A stretch of DNA of 61,882 nucleotides from Nitrospiria bacterium (GTDB lineage Bacteria > Nitrospirota > Nitrospiria > SBBL01 > JAADHI01), in assembly GCA_046756925.1 (NCBI GenBank), contig JBHHXH010000004.1, positions 1 through 61,882 of the forward strand, read 5' to 3'. Shown here in pieces: positions 19,518 through 28,592 of this stretch (positions are counted from its first letter, which is position 1; the number at the start of each line of letters is the position of its first letter). The notes beneath the pieces are model-generated. The model made no database searches. It was not told the origin of the DNA and was given only the letters and a program-made list of their open reading frames with translations. The translations under genes were made by a program, and so were the position numbers.

Positions 19518-20840
19518 TCAGTCCTGCGGGATCTTTTCCATCATTTCACTGATTTCTGTCTTCGTTTCATCGATCAGTTCATTTGAAAACTTGAGGATTT
19601 TTGCCGACTCGACGTTTCGTAAATCAATTTGCGGTGGCTCAGACTGCCCATATCCCATGTCCTTTACAATCCAATTTGCAAGGTGAATCACCAGGAGTTC
19701 TTTGAAAATGAGATCTGCTTCGCCAAGGTTATCATGCCATAAGGCAACCTGGGCATATTCCGGGGAGTACCGCCACTTCTTCAGAAGAGAGGCGCCAAAC
19801 TGTCCGTGATTTGCGTTTAGAATCTCAATGACTTCTCTCCGGTCCGCTTTCTTTGAGAAAGCTCCTCTATTTTCTAAATCAATGATAATCTTCAACAGCA
19901 TGAGCTTGCCGATATCATGAAGCATCCCCATTGAGAAAATTTCCTCTGGGTTCTTGAGCTGAAGGCGTTTTGCAATCGCTTCCGCTCCATAGGCGCAAGA
20001 AAGGGAGTGTTTCCAAAGCGCTTTCAGATAGTCTTGGTACTCATTGTTTTCAATGGTATAAAGTGAGCGATTCGCGGTTAACTCTACATAGTTTCTTGTG
20101 GCACCCAATCCTAAGCGGTTAACCGCCTGAACCAAGGATTTGTTTTTCGTCAGACCTTGGTAATAGGGGGAATTTGAAACGCTGATGAGTCTAGATGAAA
20201 TGGCAACGTCTTTCTTGAGGAGTTCGGTAATCTCAGAGATACTTCCCTGTTTTGCAATTATTTTTTTGAACTGAATCGCAATCTCCGGAAGCGCAGGGAG
20301 ATTGACCTCGTCTTTCTTGAGCGAGGAAATAATCTCATCCAAAATCCCGCGTTTTTTATCCTCAGCCAATAGATCCTTTCGATCCCTTCCTTGGAGGGTT
20401 TCCGGAGAATTCTTTTCTAAGCGCTCTTCTAATTTGGTGACACGTTGCCTTAGAGTGACGATCGTTTGCTTCATCTCTTCATGTTCTCTGGAACGGCGTA
20501 TCGCCTCTTCGACTGAAAATCCTAATAATTCCCAATAATTTCCCGTCTTGACAATATAGTTGTACGCACCCGCGCTCAATGCTTCAGAAGCACAATTTGG
20601 ATCCTCTGGCGAAGTCACCATTAGTATGGGTATATAGATCTTACTCACGACGATTTTAAGAAAGTCCAGCCCCTTTTTTTCTGTAAAGTTCTGGTCTAAA
20701 AGAATGAGTTGGCATTTTTCCAGACCTCCATCGAATTGCTCAACAGAGGTGATCGTCATGATCCGATAGTTGTTTCTCAGATCTTTTTGAATCCGATCTA
20801 TTTCCTGTGGGTCACTGTTCGCGATGAGAATCGATTGCAC
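19518..20840 (-). CDS. Response regulator with REC + coiled coil + HDOD domain
   Basis: LILLD phospho-Asp, LMVT, GAYNYIVK; HDOD motifs LPALP, NSPYY, LWKHS and LHDIGK. Confidence 0.88.
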   Translation of the reverse strand: MQSILIANSDPQEIDRIQKDLRNNYRIMTITSVEQFDGGLEKCQLILLDQNFTEKKGLDFLKIVVSKIYIPILMVTSPEDPNCASEALSAGAYNYIVKTGNYWELLGFSVEEAIRRSREHEEMKQTIVTLRQRVTKLEERLEKNSPETLQGRDRKDLLAEDKKRGILDEIISSLKKDEVNLPALPEIAIQFKKIIAKQGSISEITELLKKDVAISSRLISVSNSPYYQGLTKNKSLVQAVNRLGLGATRNYVELTANRSLYTIENNEYQDYLKALWKHSLSCAYGAEAIAKRLQLKNPEEIFSMGMLHDIGKLMLLKIIIDLENRGAFSKKADRREVIEILNANHGQFGASLLKKWRYSPEYAQVALWHDNLGEADLIFKELLVIHLANWIVKDMGYGQSEPPQIDLRNVESAKILKFSNELIDETKTEISEMMEKIPQD

Positions 20841-21525
20841 GTTTATTGCCTTTCCAGAGAAGTTTAGTCAATTATCGCCATCGATTAAAATATCGAGTCC
20901 ACTCGTCTTTATCCAATAAAATGGAACGTCATGAAACGAAATATCCTGAAGATTTATAAAAAATTCGCATTTACGAATCCAGGCCAGTTATTAAAGGTGG
21001 ACCTTGCCAATGATCTATTGGCATAAGCAATAGTACCACCGGTCCGGTATTCTGACAATACCCAAAAAGAGTTATGAACGGAATAATATATAAAGTGAAT
21101 ATGCGCATTCTAATTAAACAATCAACAAGTGGGATCGATCTTGTATTCACACAATCACGATTATGGAAATTAAGTTAAGTTGCCCATATGATTTCTATCC
21201 ATTATCGTCGTTTTTCATGTTTATTGGTCTTGATTGTTTTGATATATGAATCACAACCAAAACACCATTATTTAATTGATGGATTATAAACATACGCCGA
21301 TCGCACGCCATATACGAGGAGGGGAGATATTGTAAGAACAAGAAACCAGCGAAGACCTATATGCGAGACGATTATAAGGGCTGTTCCCGAATTTCTCAGA
21401 ACTTACTTGTCGGCAGCGAGCTCTTCCTCAGGCGGCTCCTGGGAGTACACATATGCAATGATAAAATAACAGGCCTTTGCCAATTTATTTGCAAGCGGGC
21501 GATAGACAGCAGGCGCATCGGCTTT

Positions 21526-21581
21526 TTCTAATTTCTCAATTGAGAAATTAGAACGAAATACAATATAACGAAATACAATAT
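21526..21581. repeat. Perfect 28-bp palindrome overlapping a 15-bp tandem duplication
   Basis: TTCTAATTTCTCAA|TTGAGAAATTAGAA at 21526-21553; AACGAAATACAATAT x2 at 21552-21581. Confidence 0.9.
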
Positions 21582-21582
21582 A

Positions 21583-21612
21583 TTGACTTTCCTTTGGCGG
21601 TTTTGGTATTGT
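21583..21612 (+). promoter_or_regulatory. Putative sigma70 promoter for the CHAP gene
   Basis: TTGACT-N18-TATTGT with a TGn extension; ATG 21620 lies 7 nt downstream. Confidence 0.5.
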
Positions 21613-21619
21613 GCAAAAG

Positions 21620-22207
21620 ATGTTTGCCAAAAAAATCACAGTCACGAAACAATCCCTCTTCGTGGTTGCATTCCTCGCCGCACTTCCTCTCACAGGCTTT
21701 GTTGCAAAAGTCGAAAGCTTTATGGGAGCACCCTGTGCAACGACGCTTGCGTCCTACAAGGGCGTGCCGGCCCGATCCAATCAAGGATATCCCTACGGAA
21801 GTTGTGATGGAACATCGGTCTATGGCTTAAGATACCAGTGTGTCGAGTATGTCCGGCGTTTCTATCATGTGGTTAAGGGAATTGAAACACGCGAGAATGC
21901 TTGGAGGAGGAGCCATGCCGACACCTTTTTTCGAACCGCCGATGAGAAGGGTTTAAAAGCCTTTGAGAATGGAGGACCCGCCCCCCCCCTTCCTGACGAC
22001 ATCCTTACTTTTCAAGGGGGGATGTACGGTCATGTCGCCGTCATCACCGCCGTCACCGACGAATACATCGAGTTTATCGAACAAAACCTCTCCCGGTCCG
22101 GAACCGGCCGTCTCGCCTATAATGCAGTGACGCATCGCGTGGCGGACCGCGATGTGCCGGGAGGGAAACTCATCTCCGAGGGCTGGCTTCGGCCCCATTC
22201 CGAATAA
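21620..22207 (+). CDS. Secreted CHAP-domain amidase/peptidase
   Basis: N-terminal hydrophobic segment; YQCVEYVRR (Cys), YGHVAVI (His) and IEQN. Confidence 0.88.
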   Translation: MFAKKITVTKQSLFVVAFLAALPLTGFVAKVESFMGAPCATTLASYKGVPARSNQGYPYGSCDGTSVYGLRYQCVEYVRRFYHVVKGIETRENAWRRSHADTFFRTADEKGLKAFENGGPAPPLPDDILTFQGGMYGHVAVITAVTDEYIEFIEQNLSRSGTGRLAYNAVTHRVADRDVPGGKLISEGWLRPHSE

Positions 22208-22348
22208 TAAATCCGGCAAAAAAACCCCATCGCCGTTCCCCGACATTGTCCATTGAGCAGTTGTACTTTGTTGGAATGTGTCCATGCGGACAAAAATCGG
22301 CCCGTAAAACCAATTGGTTTTACGGGCCGATTGGCTTTCGCTCAGCAT

Positions 22349-22870
22349 TTATTCGAATCGAAAAGCATCCATGACCCGGCCTTGCCCATCAATGGCAAGG
22401 GAGACCGTCCTTCCCTTCTGAATCCACCTCAATTTTGTGCTTGCCGCGTCTTTCATCTCAAAGACCAGCATATCCCCCAATGCCGTTTCAATTGCAATCT
22501 GTTTCATCGGGCCATCGACATGTTGCACCACTCCACGGACTTCATTGCCAAAAAGACCCCCTTTGCCGCCCGGTTCGGTGATGTCGACGATCGTGTTGCC
22601 CCTATCCAAAATAAGGGTGGCTTCATCACCCTCTTCCGGCGGGGGAAATCCTTCCTGTTCCCATTCTTTCAACCCAAAACTCCGCATGGTTCTCTCCTCC
22701 GTCTCCAAGAAAACCATACCACCCATGACCGTCCAAACGGAGCTGGCGATGCTTCTGTGTGAATCGATATCGTGTTGGGTTAAGTAGGGGTAATTACCCG
22801 CATCAGCCAACGAAAAAGAAGATGCGAAAACAAAAACCAAAATCATGAGAAATAATTTACGTGTATCCAT
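22349..22870 (-). CDS. Hypothetical exported protein with two OB-fold-like repeats
   Basis: Signal peptide, strong AAGGAGG RBS, two beta-rich repeats ending G(D/R)x(A/V)(T/S)Lx(L/I)DxxxxxxD. Confidence 0.65.
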   Translation of the reverse strand: MDTRKLFLMILVFVFASSFSLADAGNYPYLTQHDIDSHRSIASSVWTVMGGMVFLETEERTMRSFGLKEWEQEGFPPPEEGDEATLILDRGNTIVDITEPGGKGGLFGNEVRGVVQHVDGPMKQIAIETALGDMLVFEMKDAASTKLRWIQKGRTVSLAIDGQGRVMDAFRFE

Positions 22871-22888
22871 CTTATTCCTCCTTAATGA

Positions 22889-22963
22889 CTATGGAACTCC
22901 CACATGTCCCCTGGAGTTCATTTGCCAAATTTCCACAACGTCAAAAAAGTAAATTTCCTTCAT
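22889..22963 (-). CDS. Putative 24-aa small protein MKEIYFFDVVEIWQMNSRGHVGVP
   Basis: Near-perfect SD GGAGGTG 6 nt before the ATG; stop lies just before the RBS of the next gene. Confidence 0.4.
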   Translation of the reverse strand: MKEIYFFDVVEIWQMNSRGHVGVP

Positions 22964-23342
22964 AGGCATCACCTCCCTAGATGTATCCAATTGACCTATC
23001 GTTTCACCTTTAAAGACCGAAGGCACCAATATTCCATTCAAAAATTGAGTATAATACCTTGATTGCCTCATTTATATTTATGATACAAATCATATTTTAT
23101 TTAGATCCATATCATAGAATAGGAGCATCGCTATAGAAGAGTCAAGACGTTCTATCGATGATGCACTTTAACGGAACGACACCCGTTTCCAAAGGGTCTT
23201 AAGCCGACCTAAAATCGCGTCTTTGCTCGAACCCGGAATGGGGCATACAGTACCGTTTTATCCATCCCCGCAATTCATTGACACCGCTTCATAGGGCTTG
23301 TAGACTGAATATATCAGGATCGTATGCCTTGGAGTGCAGTCC

Positions 23343-24722
23343 ATGGGAAGATCCACACCGACCCTCGCAGAACGATTTGCCCGCTACAGCCAAAAGCTTG
23401 CATACCATAATTTCCCGGAGGAAGTGGTGCATGAAGCCAAGCGGCGGCTGATTGATACCCTGGGTTGCGCTCTGGGCGGCTGGGGAAGCCGCCCTTGCAA
23501 AATCGCACGGCGAATGGCCGACCGCGTAAGGTTGAAAAACGGGGCGACCCTTCTCGGAACGAATCAAAAAACGACTCCCGATCTGGCCGCCTTCGCCAAC
23601 GGCACGGCCATACGCTACCTCGACTACAACGACACCTATCTCTCCAAGGAACCGGCCCATCCCAGTGACAACATCTCGGCGGTGTTGGCCGCGGCGGAAA
23701 CCGGCGGCGACGACGGCAAGCGTGTCATCGAAGCCGTTGTTTTGGCTTACGAAATCCAGTGCCTTCTTTGCGATGCCGTGGCCTTGCGGCCGCGCGGCTG
23801 GGACCATGTGTGCTACGGCCCCTTTTCCACCGCTCTTGCGGTTTCGAAATTATGGCGTTTGCCGGAAGAAAAAACCGTCCACGCCTTGGGTCTTGCCGGA
23901 AATCCGAATAACGCGCTTCGCCAAACACGGGTGGGCGATCTTTCGATGTGGAAGGGCGTGGCTTTCGCCAACGCGGCCCGCAACGGGGTTTTCGCGGCGG
24001 AGCTGGCGCGCTTGGGCATGAGCGGTCCCGCCCCTATCTTCGAAGGCGAGAAGGGTTTTATGAAGATCGTCTCCGGATCTTTCGAGCCACCGGTTTTGCG
24101 GCCCAAGGGCCCTTTTAAAATCATGGAAACCTATATCAAGTATTATCCCGTGGAATACCATGCGCAGAGCGCCGTGCAAGCCGCGTTAAATCTTCGTCAA
24201 AAATTACCGAAGCATTTTTTGAAAAAGATCGAAGCTGTCCGTGTGCACACCTCCGATATTTCTTATGAGATTATCGGGAACGATCCCGACAAATGGCATC
24301 CGCTTACAAGGGAGACGGCCGATCATTCCCTGCCCTACATCGTCTCCGTTGCGCTCATGGACGGCAAGGTCGGCCGGGCGCAATTTAACGGCCGCCATCT
24401 GAAAGATCCAAAACTGCATCGCCTGATTCAAAAGGTCCGTGTGTTTTCCGACAAAAACCATTCCGCCGCATACGGCCAAACCATGGGCAATACCCTCAGC
24501 CTAAAGATCGATGGCCAGACCTACCGCGAGCGCGTGGATCTGCCGAAGGGCTTTCCGAAAAACGAGATGACGGACGAAGAAGTGGAAGCGAAATTCAGGG
24601 GCATGGCGGGACCGCTTTTGTCCAAGGCGGCAATACAAAAGATTCTCGATGCGCTTTGGAAATTTGAAACGGCAAAAGGGGTCGAACCGCTCCTAAAACT
24701 TTTTCTAGTAAAGAAAACTTGA
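23343..24722 (+). CDS. prpD: 2-methylcitrate dehydratase (MmgE/PrpD)
   Basis: RYLDYNDTY, HPSDN, GWDH, WKG and ETADHSLPY motifs; operon with prpB and prpC. Confidence 0.92.
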   Translation: MGRSTPTLAERFARYSQKLAYHNFPEEVVHEAKRRLIDTLGCALGGWGSRPCKIARRMADRVRLKNGATLLGTNQKTTPDLAAFANGTAIRYLDYNDTYLSKEPAHPSDNISAVLAAAETGGDDGKRVIEAVVLAYEIQCLLCDAVALRPRGWDHVCYGPFSTALAVSKLWRLPEEKTVHALGLAGNPNNALRQTRVGDLSMWKGVAFANAARNGVFAAELARLGMSGPAPIFEGEKGFMKIVSGSFEPPVLRPKGPFKIMETYIKYYPVEYHAQSAVQAALNLRQKLPKHFLKKIEAVRVHTSDISYEIIGNDPDKWHPLTRETADHSLPYIVSVALMDGKVGRAQFNGRHLKDPKLHRLIQKVRVFSDKNHSAAYGQTMGNTLSLKIDGQTYRERVDLPKGFPKNEMTDEEVEAKFRGMAGPLLSKAAIQKILDALWKFETAKGVEPLLKLFLVKKT

Positions 24723-25621
24723 TGATTACACCATCACCAGGACGTCGGCTACGATCTCTACTCCAAGAAAAACCGCTTCTCTTGCCGGGCGCCTTTAATG
24801 CCCTCTCTGCACAATTGATCGCACAAGCCGGTTTCGAGGCCGTCTATATCTCCGGAGCAGGCCTGGCCAACGGGGTGGCGGGTTTGCCGGACATCGGCCT
24901 TTTGAGTGTAACGGAGGTAACAACACAGGTGCGGTATATCACGAACGCCGTCGGCATTCCGGCCATTGCAGACGCCGATACGGGATTCGGCGAGGGCATC
25001 CATTTCTTAAGAGCAATGGCGGCCTTCGAATCGGCGGGCGTCGCGGGGATTCAAATCGAAGATCAGCGGTTTCCCAAGCGCTGTGGTCATCTTGACGGAA
25101 AACAGTTGATCGACGCCGGTGCAATGGCGCAAAAGATCCGCGCCTTGGCGGAACATCGCGAAGATCCCGACACAATGATCATCGCCCGAACCGATGCCCG
25201 GGGCGTCACAAGTCTGGAAGATGCCATCGCGCGCGCCAATCGTTATATTGATGCCGGGGCCGATATGATCTTTCCCGAGGCCTTGGAGTCGGCCGAGGAG
25301 TTTAACGAATTCGCACAAAAAGTGGGAGGGCCGCTCTTGGCGAACATGACCGAGTTCGGTTTAAGCCCGGCGCTTTCCGCAAGCGCACTCTTCGCGATGG
25401 GTTATCGCATCGTCCTGTTTCCCATGACGCTTTTGAGGATTGCGGCCGGGGCGATGGAACAAGGTCTGGAACAACTAAAAAAACAAGGCACTTCCGATCA
25501 GATGCTCGATCGGATGCAGACGCGTGAAGCGCTGTATCGACTCATCCGATACGAGGACTACGAAGCCCTCGATTCGAAGATCGCCGGTAGACGCCCGCGG
25601 CGAGAAGGAAAGCAAAAATGA
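24719..25621 (+). CDS. prpB: Methylisocitrate lyase
   Basis: DADTGFG, EDQ.FPKRCGH, ARTDA, IFPEAL and LANMTEFG motifs. Confidence 0.93.
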   Translation: MMITPSPGRRLRSLLQEKPLLLPGAFNALSAQLIAQAGFEAVYISGAGLANGVAGLPDIGLLSVTEVTTQVRYITNAVGIPAIADADTGFGEGIHFLRAMAAFESAGVAGIQIEDQRFPKRCGHLDGKQLIDAGAMAQKIRALAEHREDPDTMIIARTDARGVTSLEDAIARANRYIDAGADMIFPEALESAEEFNEFAQKVGGPLLANMTEFGLSPALSASALFAMGYRIVLFPMTLLRIAAGAMEQGLEQLKKQGTSDQMLDRMQTREALYRLIRYEDYEALDSKIAGRRPRREGKQK

Positions 25622-26739
25622 CAGACAAGGTATATCATGGATTGGAGGGCGTGCTGGCCGGAGAATCGGCCATCTGTGAAGTCGATCACGCCTCGGGCGG
25701 GTTGCGTTATCGAGGGTACCGAATCGAAGATTTGGCGGAGCGGGCCTCCTTCGAAGAGGTGTCCCATCTCCTCTTGATGGGCTCGCTTCCGGACCGGGAG
25801 GCGCTGGCCGCCTTTCGCCGGCACTGGGTGGAGGCCCGGCCGGTTTCAGCCACAGTGCTCAATTTTTTGCGCGGCATCCTCGCCACCGTGAATCGAATGG
25901 ACGCCCTCAGGACCGCCGTCTCGATCCTGGGGCTGGAAGACCCGGATCACGGCGTCAATGACCGCGCCGCCGACCTCGGGAAGGCGATCCGGCTGTGTGC
26001 GCAAATGCCCCTCCTCTTGGCGGCGCTGCTCAATCGCTCCGTAGACACGGCATTGATATCGGAGGCTTCACTTTCCCATGCCGAATACCTCTTGAGCCTT
26101 CTCACCGGGGCCAAACCGGATCCTTTTTCCGTCAAAGTGATCAATGTTTCACTCATCCTCTATGCCGAACATGAGTTCAATGCCTCCACCTTTGCCGCGC
26201 GCGTCACGGCATCGACCTTGTCCGATCTACATGCCGCGGTATGCACGGCGATCGGAACCCTCAAGGGCCCCTTGCACGGCGGCGCAAACGAGGCCGTCAT
26301 GGAAATGCTCATCGCATTGGATCGACGTGGAAAAATCAAGAAAGACATTTTAGAACGGCTAGCAAAAAAGGAACGCATCATGGGCTTCGGCCATCGCGTC
26401 TTAAAAAAGGGGGATCCCCGATCCGATATCATCAAGGCATATACAAAAGCCTTGGGGGAACGGAAAGGCCATCGAAAATGGGCTGAGCTTTCCGCGGAGA
26501 TTGAAGCCATCATGCGGAGCGAGAAAGGGCTTTATCCGAACCTCGATTTCTATTCGGCTTCGGCCTATTACCTGCTAGGCCTGCCCATTCCGATCTATAC
26601 CCCGCTTTTTGTCTGCAGCCGCGTCACGGGATGGGCCGCCCATGTGATCGAGCAGCATGAACACAACCGCCTCATCCGGCCCAGAGCCAAATATACGGGG
26701 GAAAAACCGCGGCCCTTTGTCTCCATCGACGATCGGTGA
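25618..26739 (+). CDS. prpC: 2-methylcitrate synthase / citrate synthase
   Basis: YAEHEFNAST, GPLHGGANE, IMGFGHRV, PNLDFY and RLIRP motifs. Confidence 0.9.
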   Translation: MTDKVYHGLEGVLAGESAICEVDHASGGLRYRGYRIEDLAERASFEEVSHLLLMGSLPDREALAAFRRHWVEARPVSATVLNFLRGILATVNRMDALRTAVSILGLEDPDHGVNDRAADLGKAIRLCAQMPLLLAALLNRSVDTALISEASLSHAEYLLSLLTGAKPDPFSVKVINVSLILYAEHEFNASTFAARVTASTLSDLHAAVCTAIGTLKGPLHGGANEAVMEMLIALDRRGKIKKDILERLAKKERIMGFGHRVLKKGDPRSDIIKAYTKALGERKGHRKWAELSAEIEAIMRSEKGLYPNLDFYSASAYYLLGLPIPIYTPLFVCSRVTGWAAHVIEQHEHNRLIRPRAKYTGEKPRPFVSIDDR

Positions 26740-26750
26740 GACAATGGGTT

Positions 26751-27014
26751 TCAAAGGGCATGGATCTCTGCGCGTAAGCCTTTCACCAGCACCTCTTGAT
26801 CGTCTCCTTTTTTAATCTCTTCTTCGATCATTTCCCGAAGGTATCGATTCAAGCCCACCTTCTCGATCAGCTTGACGAGATAAAGAGAGGCTTCTGCTTC
26901 CTGAATGCCTTTGAGTGATTCAATCATTTCAGGCTCTAGGGCGATCGAATAATCACCGACCTTTAAATAGGCTGGGTAGATGGGGCTCGTCAGTTTTTCA
27001 AAAGCGATGGTCAT
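26751..27014 (-). CDS. Hypothetical protein (87 aa)
   Basis: ORF with AGGAG RBS; no recognised family. Confidence 0.6.
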   Translation of the reverse strand: MTIAFEKLTSPIYPAYLKVGDYSIALEPEMIESLKGIQEAEASLYLVKLIEKVGLNRYLREMIEEEIKKGDDQEVLVKGLRAEIHAL

Positions 27015-27123
27015 TCAAAAGGTCTCCTAGAATACAGCTGGGGACGACAGTGATGGCGCAATATCGGTATCATCCTTCATGCCCGCCGGAAATGTCAAGC
27101 GGAAGGTCTTGTATTTTATCGTC

Positions 27124-28416
27124 TTATCCGTACAAATAAGTGCAGGCAATGACGGCGCCGACGATCCCCGCGGCATCGGCTGTCAGCCCCGCAGCCAGGG
27201 CGTGCCGGGTTCGGCGAATCTGTATGGCTCCGAAGTACACAGCCAAAACGTAAAAAGTCGTCTCGGTTGAACCCTGCAGGGTGCTGACCAGATAACCCGT
27301 ATAACTGTCCGGGCCGATTGCAGGGTTGTTGATCGCTTCCGCCAACAAACCGAAGGCCCCGGATCCGGATAGAGGCCGCATCAGCGCCATGGTCAAAGCC
27401 TCGGCCGGGAGACCGACATGAGACGTCAGCGGATCGATAAGGTCTACCAAGCCGTCCATCGCGCCGCTTTGTCGAAACATCCCCACGGCAACCAGAATCG
27501 CGACCAGGAAGGGGATGATTTTAATGGCAACTTGAAACCCCTCTTTCGCGCCTTCCACAAACACCTCGTATACGGCTACCCGGCGCACTACACCGAAGCC
27601 GAGCAGAAGCAAACTTAAACTGGGAATGACCCAAGGTCCGATCACCCTCCCGTAGACGATGGCCAAGGGGATCAAGACGATGAAACACGCGAGGGCCAGA
27701 TAAGAAAGCGATGCCGGATAACCGGGGCCGGCTTCCAAAGGTGTATCCGCCGACGGCATATGCGGCGTCTTATCTTGCGGATCACATGGATCCGCCTCGA
27801 CGGGAAAGGTGGATAAACGCTGATAGCCCTTCGCGGCGAGGATGGCGACCATTGTAGAGCAAAGGGTTGCAAAGAGCGTCGTGGCCAATATTCCGGCCGG
27901 ATCGTTCGAACCCGCCGCGGCCCGTAAGGCAATCACCCCGGTCGGCAGCAGTGTGATGCTGGAGGTGTTGATCGCCAGAAACAAGACCATGGCGTCGGTG
28001 GCAGTCCCTTTGTGTGGGTTGAGGCTGTCCAATTCCTGCATGGCGCGGATGCCGAAGGGGGTTGCGGCATTCCCAAGGCCCAGGGCGTTGGCGGAGATAT
28101 TCAAGATCATCGCCCCCATGGCCGGATGTTCGGGGGGAATGTCCGGAAAGAGGCGAATCATAAGAGGCCGGACCAGCCGGCCGATCATGTTGAGGAGCCC
28201 GCCGCGTTCGGCAACCTTCATCAAACCGAGAAAAAAAGCCATGACCCCGATGAGGCCGAGGGCCAGTTCAACCGAGCCCTTGGCGGATTGGATCATCCCA
28301 TCGGTCAAGACCTGCATTGGAGAGAGGGATTCAGGGCTTGCAGGAACCCATGTCCATTGATGGAGGGCAGTGTTTACAAAAGCGATGAAGATCAGAACGG
28401 CAAAAATCACATTCAT
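27124..28416 (-). CDS. SpmA/SpmB fusion (nucleoside-recognition Gate domain) membrane protein
   Basis: ANALGLGNAATPFG, LAINTSS, FVEGAKEG, MRPLSGSG and GSTETTFYV motifs. Confidence 0.9.
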   Translation of the reverse strand: MNVIFAVLIFIAFVNTALHQWTWVPASPESLSPMQVLTDGMIQSAKGSVELALGLIGVMAFFLGLMKVAERGGLLNMIGRLVRPLMIRLFPDIPPEHPAMGAMILNISANALGLGNAATPFGIRAMQELDSLNPHKGTATDAMVLFLAINTSSITLLPTGVIALRAAAGSNDPAGILATTLFATLCSTMVAILAAKGYQRLSTFPVEADPCDPQDKTPHMPSADTPLEAGPGYPASLSYLALACFIVLIPLAIVYGRVIGPWVIPSLSLLLLGFGVVRRVAVYEVFVEGAKEGFQVAIKIIPFLVAILVAVGMFRQSGAMDGLVDLIDPLTSHVGLPAEALTMALMRPLSGSGAFGLLAEAINNPAIGPDSYTGYLVSTLQGSTETTFYVLAVYFGAIQIRRTRHALAAGLTADAAGIVGAVIACTYLYG

Positions 28417-28592
28417 AAAAGAGAGACCCCGTATGCGCCGGACCCATCATACAGATTTTATCCTTTGAGTCAACGCGCGGCATCCAGGCTAAATCGGCGA
28501 TTCGAGGGGGCTTCTAACTGGGTCCTCCAAAAATTGCGAATCCGAAACCCCAAACCGGCGGCGGCTCCAAATATATATCCAAATCAAGGATC

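Noticed and set aside
21377-21455. GGGGCTGTTCCCGAATT as an IS end or MITE
   Set aside because: No partner inverted repeat, target duplication or second copy found.
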